64,000 nt of DNA, from positions 53,828,464 to 53,892,463 of the forward strand of contig NC_043011.1 of the NCBI RefSeq assembly GCF_006345805.1, given 5' to 3'. Both the position numbers and the translations under genes were made by a program. The notes below the pieces were generated by a model that saw nothing but the letters and a program-made list of their open reading frames with translations, had not been told where the DNA came from and did no database searches. Shown one piece after another: positions 1 to 11,495 of this stretch (position 1 is its first letter; the number at the start of each line of letters is the position of its first letter). This DNA is from Octopus sinensis (lineage: Eukaryota).

Positions 1-378
1 GACATTTGCTCAAGGTGCTACGTAGTGGGACTGAACCCATGTGATTGAGAAGCAAGTTTGCCAATCATCTCTACGTTCTGAGTTCAAATTCTGCCAAAGT
101 CAATTTTGCTTTTCATCCTTTTGGGCTTAATGAACTAAGTACCAGTTGTGCACTGTGGGTTGATGCAATCAACTAGCCCTCTCCCTTAAAAGACTTCATG
201 CCTTGTGCCTATAGCAGAAGGATTATTTCCCAGTGCATCTAGGACTACATTATCTGATGTGCTTTTTTTATTTCTTTAGATAATATAGTGTGATTTGAAG
301 GAGATTTGTTTGGTATTTCTACCAAGTCAAATAAATGGCTGCACAGCAACTTTATCACTGGATCAAGAGTATGTGGTT

Positions 379-559
379 ACTGTAGTAGTAGTAGTAGTAG
401 AGTAGTAGTAGTATTAGTATTAGTATTAGTAGTAGTAGTAGTAGTAGTAGTGCAGCATCAGTAGTAGTAGTAGTAGTAGTAGTAGTATAGTAGTATCAGC
501 TGTATAGTAGTAGTAGTATAGCAACATCATAGTAGAAGCAGCAACATAGCAGCAGCGGC

Positions 560-592
<33 letters not shown>

Positions 593-780
593 CATAGTAG
601 CAGTATAGTAGTAGTATAGTAGTAGTTGTAGTAGCAAGTCAACAGCAGCAGCAGCAGCACAGTAGTAGTAGCAGCAGCAGCACTAGTAGTAGTAGCATCA
701 GCAACAGCAGCAGCAGCAGTAGTAGTAGCAGCAGTAGTAATAGTAGTAGTAGTAGTAGTAGTTATTGCTGTTGTTGTGTA
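379..780. repeat. Compound (AGT)n/(AGC)n microsatellite
   Basis: Direct reading of tandem AGT and AGC triplets. Confidence 0.95.
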
Positions 781-916
781 GCCCCATATCAGTCCTGATC
801 AAATGTATCTGTGGCCGTAGGTACTCCAAACATGATCATCCTTCATTTTTCAAGTACATCATATCAAGGACTACAATAATCAAATGTACCATTAAAAAAA
901 CCCCAAAATACTGTAG

Positions 917-1905
917 GTTGTGATCTGAGGAAGACTTGGTTGCTATTTCTCATTGCTTTCTATAAGTAACCTCAAATAGTGTTGAATTTATTGCCTGCAG
1001 GTTGTGATCTGAGGAAGACTTGGTTGCTATTTCTCATTGCTTTCTATAAGTAACCTCAAATAGTGTTGAATTTATTGCCTGCAGGTTGTGATCTGAGGAA
1101 GACTTGGTTGCTATTTCTCATTGCTTTCTATAAGTAACCTCAAATAGTGTTGAATTTATTGCCTGCAGGTTGTGATCTGAGGAAGACTGGTGCTATTTCT
1201 CATTGCTTTCTAGTACCTCAAACATATTGAATTTATTGCCTGCAGGTCTCTGAGGAAGACTTGGTTGCCATTTTCATTGCTTTCTATAAGTACCCAAATA
1301 GTGTTGAATTTACCTGCATTGTGATCAGTAGACTTTTTTGCTATTTCTCATTTTTCAAGTAACCTCAAATATTGTATTTATTGCCTGCAGTTGGTGCTGA
1401 GGAAGATTGGTTCTAATTGCTTTCTATAAGTAACCTCAATAGTGTTGACTTTATTGCCTGCAGGTTGTGATCTGAGGAAGACTTGGTTGCATATTTCTCA
1501 TTGCTTTCTAAATTAACTCAAATAGTGTTGAATTTATTGCCTGCAGGTGGATCTGAGACGACTTTGCTATTTCTCATTGCTTTCTATAAGTAACCTCAAA
1601 TAGTGTTGAATTTATTGCCTGCAGGTTGTGATCTGAGGAAGACTTGGTTGCTATTTCTCATTGCTTTCTATAAGTAACCTCAAATAGTGTTGAATTTATT
1701 GCCTGCAGGTTGTGATCTGAGGAAGACTTGGTGCTATTCTCATTGCTTTTAAAGTCCCTCAAGGTGTTGAATTTATTGCCTGCAGGTTGTGATCTGAGGA
1801 AGACTTGGTTGCTATTTCTCATTGCTTTCTATAAGTAAACTCAAATAGTGTTGAATTTATTGCCTGCAGGTTGTAATTTGAGGAAGATGTGGTTGCTATT
1901 TCTTG
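917..1905 (+). repeat. 84-bp minisatellite, about 12 copies plus a partial
   Basis: Unit GTTGTGATCTGAGGAAGACTTGG...TTATTGCCTGCAG starts at 917, 1001, 1085, 1169 ... 1625, 1709, 1786, 1870; middle copies carry indels. Confidence 0.95.
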
Positions 1906-2208
1906 TACACCAAACAACCACCATAGAAGTATTTGCATTGTTTTGTTTCAGTAGTCTTGGTGTTAAATTTATCTCGGCTTCTAAACAGCTGCTCATGTTT
2001 TTTTATAAGATATCTTAAGAAAAACTGTCCAAATTTATTAATTTGTGCTGGTTTGAAAATAAACGACTGAGAAAAATTGTAGAAGTCATCTTACAGCATA
2101 AGGTTTATACATTTTTAATACTTACACATTTTTTAGTCTTGAAATGAAGGGATTGTGTACTTGTTAGTATATCTGTGTGTTTGTGGATTATACATGTTGT
2201 GTAGTGTT

Positions 2209-2211
2209 TAT

Positions 2212-2258
<47 letters not shown>

Positions 2259-2831
2259 CATCAGGAAGTAAGAATGTCTTTTGTGCGTTCCTGATATAGT
2301 CATGAATCTTGGAAATAATGATAGAGGAGGTAAGGAAAGAACACAGCAGATTAGTAACCCAAAGATCAGAGAACCGTCAGTTTAGGAAAGTTTATGTATG
2401 TGAGAGAAAAACGAGAAGAAATACATACTTAGAGACATTGAAGGGGGAGGCAGAGAGGGTGAGGCAGAGAAGGGGGAGACAAACAGAAGGATACAGAAAG
2501 GGGAAGCAAGAGAAGGGGAGACAGAGAGGGAGAGATAGAGAGGAGGAGACAGAGAAGGAGACAGCAGGGAGGGGAAGATAGAGGAGAGACTGAGAAAGAG
2601 GGAGAAAAAGAGGGAGAGACAGAGAGAGGGAGACAGAGACAGAATGGGAGAGCTAGAGAAAGGGAGACAGAGAGGGAGAGATAGACTGGGGAGACAGAGG
2701 AGGTAGAAGGGAGGGGGAGATAGAGAAGGAAAGACTAAGAAAGAGGGAGAAAAAGAGGGAGAGACAGAGAGAGGGAGACAGAGACAGAGTGGGAGAAATA
2801 GAGAGGAGGAAACAGACAGAGAGCAAAAGGC

Positions 2832-2862
<31 letters not shown>

Positions 2863-3690
2863 GGAGAGAAAGAAAGAGAGGGAGAGAGGGAGAGGGGGAG
2901 AGAGAGAGAGAAAATAATATCTTTCCACCTTCTCAGGAAAGAAACTTGTAAAATAATGAAATTGCAGAGAGGGGTGGATGGGTGGTGTGGCAGTGAGGGT
3001 GGAGGTTGTGGTGGTGGTGGGGGGGAGCAGAAAGAAAGAAAGACATGAAACAACATAACAACAGTAACAACAACAACAACGACGCCGACGACGACAACAA
3101 CAACAACAACAGCATGACTATAAAGAATCACATTTTTTTCCGTAGGAGACAGGTTTGTGATTGAATTTATGTTTCAGTCGGAAAATTCAGGTATGGGGGG
3201 GGACGGGAGGGTCGTGGAGTGGTGGGGGAGTGATGGAGTGGTGGTGACGGTGGCGGTGGAGGTGGTGTTGGAGACGAGGGTGTTGCAGTTGATGGTGAGG
3301 GTGGTAGTGAGGATGGTGATGAAGGCGGTGGTGTTTGTGGTGAAAGTGACGAAGGTGGTGGTTTTGGTGGTGGCAATGGTACTGGTGGTAAAGATGGCAA
3401 AGGTGGTGGTGATGGTGGTAAAGGTGAAGGTGATGGTGTTGGTGGTGTTGGTAAGTGAAGGTGGAGATGTGGTCAGTGAAGCGGATGAAGGTGATGGTGA
3501 GGGTGGTGATGGTGTAAACAGTAAAGGGTGTGGTGATGATGTTGGTGGTGATGATGGTGGTGGTGATGATGGTGGTGGTGATGATGGTGGTGGTGATGAT
3601 GGTGGTGAAGGTGGAGGTGTTGGTGGTGAGTGTGGTGCTGGTGTTGGGAGCAAGGGTGGTGGTGTCAGTAACAAGTTTAATGGTGATAGT
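2209..3690. repeat. (GT)n, GA-rich and GGT-rich low-complexity tracts
   Basis: Direct reading; source of the poly-V/G/T/P ORFs in the track. Confidence 0.9.
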
Positions 3691-3936
3691 CGCAGGAAGT
3701 GGGGGTGCATGCACCAAAATTTTGGGTGGAAGTATGGTAGGGAAAACATGAGAGGTAGTAAAAGAACCCTACCAAACCATACCATGCCGTATGGCATCAA
3801 GCAGCAACCACACTGCACCACCTATGGAGCTAAACACCACACCATACTAGGGTATACAACACCACACAAGATAGCCTATATGCAGTCAATATATAAGCAA
3901 GAAATAGCAGTCAAAATCTTCCCCTGTCCACCAAAA

Positions 3937-4307
3937 CGATGACGGCATGGTGATCTCATTCTTGCTCACAACATCATAAGCAGAAAGTGTAACCTCTCGA
4001 AAGAGCTGTTCTTCACTCCTGCTCCAGAGCGTCAGCTGTGGGGTCACTCTGAAAAGCTCTATCTGCGATGATTTCATCTCAATCGAAGGAGAGGGGCTTT
4101 CTCCATCCGGGTTGCGGATCCGTGGAATAAGCTGCCGGACGAGATAATGAAGATGCCGACGACCACTCGGTTCAAAGTCTCTCTTGACCAGAAATGGCCT
4201 GAACTCTTTGCATGAACACCACCCTGTACATAACTCCATGTCCCCCTACATGGCCTTGCTTTTTGCTTTTTGAGCCAAAAAATTAACTTAACTTAACTCA
4301 ACTTAAC
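3937..4307 (+). mobile_element. CR1-like LINE 3' end
   Basis: Translates R*RHGDLI...WGHSEKLYLR*...AFSIRVADPWNKLP...FKVSLD, matching the CR1/L2 ORF2 C-terminal pattern (GDLI, RGH..KL, RV..WN.LP, FK..LD); (AACTT)n tail at 4283-4307. Confidence 0.8.
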
Positions 4308-4409
4308 ACACCATGCTCCATTGTACCCAGAAAAACAAAGGTGACATTGGGTAATAGAATCTTAGATATACAAAGTAATAATAATGATGATAATAATGAT
4401 AATGATAAT

Positions 4410-4697
4410 TAATGCCCTGATGCAGTACCAGGCAGTGGCTCTCATGGCTTCTGATCTTAACTGATTGGAAGTGTTATCATGTACAGCAAATATTCTGCTC
4501 AATACCACAGATTTGCTTGTCAATTGTTTGACCTTAACCAGTTGATCATGTCCCTTAGTGGCTGACGATATGTGCATCTCTGATTACAAGCAGAGTAGTG
4601 GGGTGGGAGCATCATAGCCATGTGTTGAGAGGGATTCTTTGGGGTTTGAATAATTCACTTCTGGAAACATGGGTGTTCTGTTCAACATCCTTAAACA
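4410..4697. mobile_element. Dispersed repeat embedded in (AAT)n; longer copy at 43188-43712
   Basis: Near-identical sequence at 43188-43470; this copy lacks about 29 bp present there; both are flanked by AAT tracts. Confidence 0.75.
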
Positions 4698-4699
4698 TG

Positions 4700-4729
<30 letters not shown>

Positions 4730-4734
<5 letters not shown>

Positions 4735-5137
4735 GAAAAAAAATGCTTTCTAATTGATGTATCAATACCGGCAGATGACAACGTGTCTCTAAAAGAAATG
4801 GAGAAACTCTCAAAATACAAAGACCTGGAAATAGAGATAACTAGAATGTGGAACCTGATAACTAGAATGTGGAATCTGAAAACAGAAACAATTCCTATCA
4901 TAGTAGGTGCATTAGGCATGATAAAAAAATATTCAGACAAATACATAACAAAAACACCAGGACTTACAAACACATATAACATACAGAAAATTGCACTACT
5001 AGGCACTGCACACATCCTACGCAGAACACTTTCCATACAATAACCATCAGAGCATCACAACAAATCACAGCACATACCCAAGGCACACAGAGCTGCGCTC
5101 GGTAGTGAAGTGAAAGCACGCTATAAAAATAAAACTA

Positions 5138-5207
<70 letters not shown>
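4730..5207 (+). mobile_element. R4/Dong-like non-LTR retrotransposon 3' end (restriction-like endonuclease domain, 3' UTR, AAT tail)
   Basis: KCFLIDVSIPADDNVSLKEMEKLSKYKDLEIE...IPIIVGALG...QKIALLGTAHILRRTL*; (AAT)n on both sides. Confidence 0.85.
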
Positions 5208-5208
<1 letters not shown>

Positions 5209-5337
5209 GCCTTTCTACTAAAGGCACAAGGGGGATAGTCGATCACATTGACCCAGTGTTTGACTGGTACTTAATTTATCGAACCTGCAAGGATGAAAGA
5301 CAAAGTCAACCTCAGCAGAATTTGAACTCAGAACATT
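5208..5337 (-). mobile_element. SINE family B fragment (further decayed copies at 6483-6657 and 6703-6913)
   Basis: Shares GACCCCAGT..ACTGGTACTTAATTTATCGA..GAAAGGATGAAAG core with full copies such as 39242-39470. Confidence 0.8.
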
Positions 5338-5520
5338 AAAAGAAATTACCCTGAAAGATTTGAACAGATAAGTAGAGGAAATAGGCATAATACCTGGTTT
5401 AGTGCAACCCCAGGAAATAGTATTATTACAGACGGCTAAGATACTTAGGAAGGTTCTTGGCATCTAAGGCTACTTGTTGTAGCCTGATGTTAAGAATTTT
5501 TCTATTATGCATATCATCAT
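5338..5520 (+). mobile_element. Short second R4/Dong-like 3' fragment
   Basis: EEIGIIPGLVQPQEIVLLQTAKILRKVLGI* resembles the same C-terminus; followed by (AAT)n. Confidence 0.55.
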
Positions 5521-5538
5521 GAAATAATAATAATAATG

Positions 5539-5599
<61 letters not shown>

Positions 5600-5603
<4 letters not shown>

Positions 5604-6480
5604 GAGAGCAAATGGAGGAAGAGGACTGGTAAGTGTGAAAGATTGCATGTGTATCAAACTCAAGAGCTTAATGGGATACTTAGCCCAAAGTAAGGAAACC
5701 TTTCTAGTGACGAGGGAGTATTGAAAGCAGAGAAAAAAGGGAAAACAAAAGAAGAAATGCAGAAAGGACATGAAGAAGAATTACGCATGAAGCGACTACA
5801 CAATCAATTCCATGCAATCACAACAGAAGTTGCTGGAAAAAATAGGTGGGATTGGCTGATGAAAGGAACGTTAAAAAAAGAGACCGAGAGCACTATACTG
5901 GCAGTGCAAGACCAAACTTTGGCCATGAACTGGAGGGTCAACCTTAGGAATGAACAAATATCTCTGCTATGTTGCATCTGTAATGGAGTGGATAAAACAA
6001 TTGTCCCTATCATGAATGAATGCTCTAGATTTGCCCAAAACCACTACAAGTTGTGGTGACATGATCAGGTAGTGAAAGTGCTACATTGGAAACTGAGCAA
6101 AGTGGGGGCTAGAGAAAGGCGGAGTCAGAGACTAGCAAAATCCTCTGGGATTTCCCAATCCAAACAGATCAGGTGCTAGTGGTGGTGGACAAAATGCACC
6201 ACATATGCTATTTGGTTGTTAATGTTGCATGCCCCTTTGACACATGAATAGTCAAGAAGGAAGGCGAAACGATAGATAAAACAAACCTCTTAAGTACAAA
6301 ATAGTCTGGCTATGGAAAATGAAGAAGGTGAGGATAGTGCCAATTGACGTTGGGTCCTTGAGAACAGTGCCAGAAGGCATCATGGGGAATATAAAAGAAA
6401 TTGGAATATAATTCCCAGTAGTACTGTTACAAAAGTTTTGCCTCCTTGGTATAGCCAGAATAATCAGGAAATATTGGGGT
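5600..6480 (+). mobile_element. Third R4/Dong-like fragment (RT C-terminus, CCHC-like knuckle, REL endonuclease), decayed
   Basis: GGRGLVSV; LHNQF..WDWLMKGTLKKETESTILAVQDQTL; C..C...TI..I...C..FAQNHYK..HDQV..LHWKL; ILWDFPIQTD; starts directly after (AAT)n. Confidence 0.85.
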
Positions 6481-6913
6481 AGGGGACTAGTTGATTAAAT
6501 TGACCCCAGTACTCAACTTGTACTTAATTTATCAATCCTAAAGGGATGAAAGGCAAAGTCGACCTCGGCAGAATTTGAACTCAGAACATAACACCAGACA
6601 AAATACTGCTAAGAATTTTACCCGGTGTGCTAATGAGTCTATCAGCTTGCTGCCCTTAAAATAATAATAATGATAAAACTACTACTACTAATAATGGTAA
6701 TGATTTCAAATTTTGGCACAAGGCTAGCTATTTTGGGGAGGGGATAAATTGATTACATTGACCCCAGTATTCAACTGGTACTTAATTTATCAACCATGAA
6801 AGGATGAAAGACAAAGTCAATCTTGGTGAAATTTGAACACAGAACATAAAGATGGACAAAATGCCACTAAGCATTTTGCCTGGCATGCTAATGATTCTGC
6901 TAGCTTGCTGCTC

Positions 6914-6958
<45 letters not shown>

Positions 6959-7436
6959 TGATGATGAATTAACCTAGAGGTAAACATCAACAACAATAAC
7001 AACTAAACATAACACCATGCCACATTTGAATATTAACAAGATTTGATAAAAAATGGTATGGAAGTCTTGTAAGAAAGGAAGAATTGTTCACACACTGTTG
7101 GATGTTTCTAAAGATAACAGAATGCATGTAAAATGTCAACAATGAAATTCCCATAAAGGAATAAATATACAAATCTAAATAAATAAGAGAATTATAAAAA
7201 ATATATATAATAAATAAGTAAAAAAAATAGATTTTTAAAATTTATATAACTGGAGGTGGAATGGTTGTAAATGTGTAAAATAGTGACACTGAGCTCTTGG
7301 AGAGAATGAAGAGGATGGAGAGAATGGCACTGACTGGGAACATGAGTTGAAGAGGGTAGGTAAGAAGTCAGAGAGTGGGAAATGGTTAATGGAAGGATAA
7401 AGCAGGATGAGATCTATTTTGAAGAAAGCAAATACA

Positions 7437-7439
<3 letters not shown>

Positions 7440-7481
<42 letters not shown>

Positions 7482-8365
7482 GCATGTGTGTGTGTGCATG
7501 TGTGTGTGTGTGTGTGCATGTGTGTGTGAGTATATATAAACACAGGGAGAGAGGGAGCGAGATATAGATACATACACACACACATATATATACATACCAT
7601 ACATACACAAATACATATACATTTATATGTATATACATATGTATACGTATAGTTACACATACAAACATATACACACATACGTACACACATACATGCATAC
7701 ATATATACATGCAACATCCATACATACATGCACACATGCATACACACATGCATGAACACATACATATATCATATATACACATACATACATACACATAGAT
7801 ACATATACACACATACATACACACATGCATACATGCATACAACATACATACACATACATATGCACACATACATACATATATATATGCACACACATGCATG
7901 CATACATGCTGTCATCAACGACAGGCATGTAGACATAGAGGATACTCTAACATGTATTTTTGAACATTTCCTTCATAATTTATGCCAAGGTAATCAAGCC
8001 TAATTGAATTTCCTTTCTCATTATAAATAAAAGAAACATCTTTTCCTCACCCACTTCGAGTCATCCGGGTTGGATTGTACAAAATTCTTTACACTACATG
8101 GAAATTCTCTAATTCCATCATAACAATACCACTATTAATGGTACCAAGATTATAATGTGTAAATAGAACAGGAGAAATATGTAAGACTTTATTGAAGTTC
8201 ACTAATCCCTTTTGTTATGTGTGTGTGTGTATATGTATGTATATATATATATATATATATGTATATGTATATGTATATGTGTATATATATATATATGTAT
8301 ATACATAGATTATAGATATATATGTATGTACATATATGTATATATATGTATATATAATAATATAT

Positions 8366-8398
<33 letters not shown>

Positions 8399-8520
8399 GT
8401 TAATCCAAACATGAACAAGCAAGAAAAATCAACAATGCAAGGATGTGAAAGAAGTACAGTGTTTTATATATATATATATATATATATAGTATATATATAT
8501 ATATATGTGTGTGTATATAT
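7440..8520. repeat. (GT)n, (CA/TA)n and (TA)n microsatellite fields
   Basis: Direct reading. Confidence 0.9.
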
Positions 8521-8800
8521 ATTTAAAATAATAAGGGTGAAAAATTGAATATTAATTAGATTAATATGAATTTAAAACCAGTGGTCTAGCATATAGAAAT
8601 CTCTGAAGATTCAGAAAAATTGTGTTACTTATAAGAGGGATGACCACTAAGTGGACATCCATATGCTAGAAGTCGACCCCTTATGGTCTTACCACTAAGA
8701 AAGGAATGTTCTCAAGAAAAATTTAGCAAATGCCAGAACGTAAGCGAACAAGGGGTCAACTTATAGCATATGGATGTCCACTTAGTGGTCATCCTCTCAT
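8521..8800. mobile_element. Penelope-like terminal (pseudo-LTR) remnant with 48-bp inverted repeat
   Basis: 8635-8682 is the near reverse complement of 8750-8798; flanked by (TA)n; adjacent to a GIY-YIG fragment. Confidence 0.6.
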
Positions 8801-8827
8801 ATGTATATATATATATATATATAATAT

Positions 8828-8883
<56 letters not shown>

Positions 8884-8884
8884 T

Positions 8885-9370
8885 AAAGGAATTAAAAAGG
8901 CCATGAAGCTGAGCATCGCATAACTAACAACACCAAAGGAAAAAATTAACGAACACACAATTCCATTTATTAATATGCATAATCCTGGGGTAACCAGCAT
9001 CTTTCTCACCATAAAATCAAACCTATCTATACTTGTACAAAGTCCCAAAATGAAAGATCTGATTGATAAGAACCCCTTACAAAACAGTAGACACCAACCA
9101 AAAAATCTCAAAAAATACCTCATAGGAGCAAAATTCTCATCAGAGAATGAATTAGAATTCTCTGTAAAAGAATGTGGAGACAGCAGATGTGGAACATGCA
9201 ACAACAACAACTTTAAATACTTAGAAAATGGTTCCCACTTAAAATTCAAGAGCAGATTCTCGTTCAAAGTAAATGCATACATGAACTGCAAGATTGCAGA
9301 ATCTCATATACTGTATTACTTGCCCCAACTGCAAGAAAGATTGCATTGGCAAGACAAACAATACCCGCTA
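8885..9370 (+). mobile_element. Penelope-like element fragment (RT/EN linker plus GIY-YIG start), frameshifted
   Basis: TIPFINMHNPG..RHQPKNLKKYLIGAKF..CGDSRCGTC, then after a frameshift NLIYCITCPNCKKDCIGKT. Confidence 0.85.
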
Positions 9371-9543
9371 CCAATGTGTAAGAATACACACATACACAAA
9401 ATAAAAACAAAAAGCATATACATATATAACAGCTTCTTTGGTTTTAAAAATATTAACATGTACACGCAGACATAAAATATATGAATGTTGATATGTTTTG
9501 TCTGTTGAGAAATATTCAATCAATTAAGATGTAATTTCTTTTT

Positions 9544-10400
9544 GTGTCAATTTTTCGCCCTCAGAGACTACTAACAAATTCGAAGCTTTACAAAACAACC
9601 ACGAAACCAACGGTTGAAAAATGTAGACACCCGAACTGCGGAACCTGCCCCAACCTGCTTGAAGGCTTGGATTTCCTTTTCAAAGAAGGACAGAGGTTCA
9701 CAATTAAAACTAGTTTCACTTGTGCCTCTGAGAACCTAATTTATGTAATAACCTGCTCGGGTTGCAGAAACCACTATATTGGACAAACGAGTATGACCTT
9801 GAGAAAGAGAATCACTCTACATAAAGAGCAAATTCGTTTCCCGCAATACAGACAAATTCCTCTCAGTGAACATATAGAAAAATGTGCAGATAACATCAAA
9901 CCAAATTTCACAGTCTTCCCTTTCTACCAGTGCAAAGACAATCTCTCAACTAGAACGTTTAAATAAAGAAATTTTTTAATTGAAAAATACAAAACACGTC
10001 TTAATGTGCACGAATAACCAACTTTTATCTTTTTACATATTTCAATTCACGATTACATCACTGTACATAAATCTCCTCATTAAACAAGGTTTCTGAAACT
10101 TGTCTCTGTCTGTAAACATATATATTCCCCGCCCATTACCGAAAGCTGAACAGTTATCTCCCTTACCCACAACAATAACAATAATAACGACAACCAATTA
10201 CCTCCCTTTATTTATCTACTTGTGAAGTCATTCACTCGTGAATTTCATCACACACAACATGGACAAAATTTCTTCTTAAGAAAAAATATATATTGAAATA
10301 AGTGAAACATAATATCATGAATAGCGACAGCGAAACCGGTCGATATATTAAAAATTATATTAAAACTATGTAAGTGTGCATATTTTTCTTTTATAATTTC
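9544..10400 (+). mobile_element. Second Penelope-like GIY-YIG endonuclease fragment with 3' region
   Basis: CRHPNCGTC...CASENLIYVITCSGCRNHYIGQTSMTLRKRITLHKEQIR...LSEHIEKC; terminal hammerhead-like motif at 10311-10346. Confidence 0.9.
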
Positions 10401-10643
10401 TTATATACATTACAACTCACCATGAGGGAATAATTGAAATTCCTCTTTTCTGTTACTACTACTACTATATATATATTCAATTTAGCAATTCTAAATCAAA
10501 TTTCACAATATATGTAACTATCTATATATGTAACTATCTATTAGTTATTGTTTTTGTACTTTATTGATTTATATATTAAGGTCTTTATAGTATATGTTTT
10601 CTATATGGTGTGAATAACATCTTTCATTATTGAATTGTTTAAG

Positions 10644-11328
10644 GGAAAGAAAATTAAAAACATTTACCATCTAATTTAGTTCCTAGACCATGGTTTCTGA
10701 CTTATTTCAATAAAAAAAGATTTACTGAGGCCAGTCTTCATCAGAGAATTTATCCCTAATTAGTGGTTTGAGTTGTGTACTGCTCTTTCTAGCACAAGGT
10801 TTTCCTACGATGGAAGCCTCTTAATGTGTTTTAATGTACACAATATTTTATATGAATAATATATAGTCTATTGACTAATTTTTTTTGCGCTAGGCCACTG
10901 GTAACAAAAATTTCTATAATTCTTATTACCCTAATATTACTTATTATGTGTAAATGATTTCTGATAAATTTATTCGAGGTTTTACTGGCATTCTCTCTGT
11001 TGCCGGAAATAAACTGCGTCTGTGCAGTGGATTTGAAAAGTTAGAATATGCAAATAATGAGTTTACATGCGGAATCACTCTTGTTGCGTGTATATTTGAA
11101 ATCTAAAGGCTACCTACTGATGAAGACTGGCCTCAGTAAATCTTTTTTTACTGAAATAAGTCAGAAACCATGGTCTAGGAACTAAATTAAATGGTAAATG
11201 TTTTTAATTTTCTTTCCTTTCGAGAATTTATCCCTAATTAGTGGTTTGAGTTGTTTACTGCTCTTTCTAGCGCAAGGCTTTCCTATGATGGAAGCTTCTT
11301 AATGTGTTTTAATGTACACAATATTTTA
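10644..11328 (+). mobile_element. ORF-less Penelope-type or retrozyme-like element, structure A(inverted)-B-spacer-A-B
   Basis: A' 10644-10744 is the reverse complement of A 11117-11217 (2 differences seen); B 10745-10850 is a direct repeat of 11223-11328; A carries the hammerhead core. Confidence 0.7.
11113..11179 (+). ncRNA. Type I hammerhead ribozyme (minimal, Penelope-type), variant core
   Basis: Stem I CCUA(11113-16)/UAGG(11176-79); CUGAUGA 11117-23; stem II GACU/AGUC with internal hairpin UCAGUAAA/UUUACUGA; GAAAC 11164-68; palindromic ACCAUGGU stem III; GUC cleavage triplet 11173-75. One extra A on each side of stem II. Confidence 0.7.
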
Positions 11329-11329
11329 T

Positions 11330-11344
<15 letters not shown>

Positions 11345-11364
<20 letters not shown>

Positions 11365-11495
11365 AGACAGGCTTCTTTAAGTTTCCGTCTACCAAATCCA
11401 CTCACAAGGCTTTGGTTGGCCTGAGGCTATAGTAGAAGACACTTGCCCAAGGTGCCACGCAGGGGGACTGAACCAGGAACCCTGTGGTTGGCACA
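11345..11495 (-). mobile_element. SINE family A, 5' half
   Basis: Matches GGCAAGTGTCTTCTACTATAGCC..GTGGATTTGGTAGACGGAAAC of full copies; stops at the internal microsatellite. Confidence 0.85.

Noticed and set aside
917-1905. 84-bp and 30-bp arrays as CRISPR-like loci
   Set aside because: Pure head-to-tail repeats with no unique spacers, no cas genes, and a eukaryotic context
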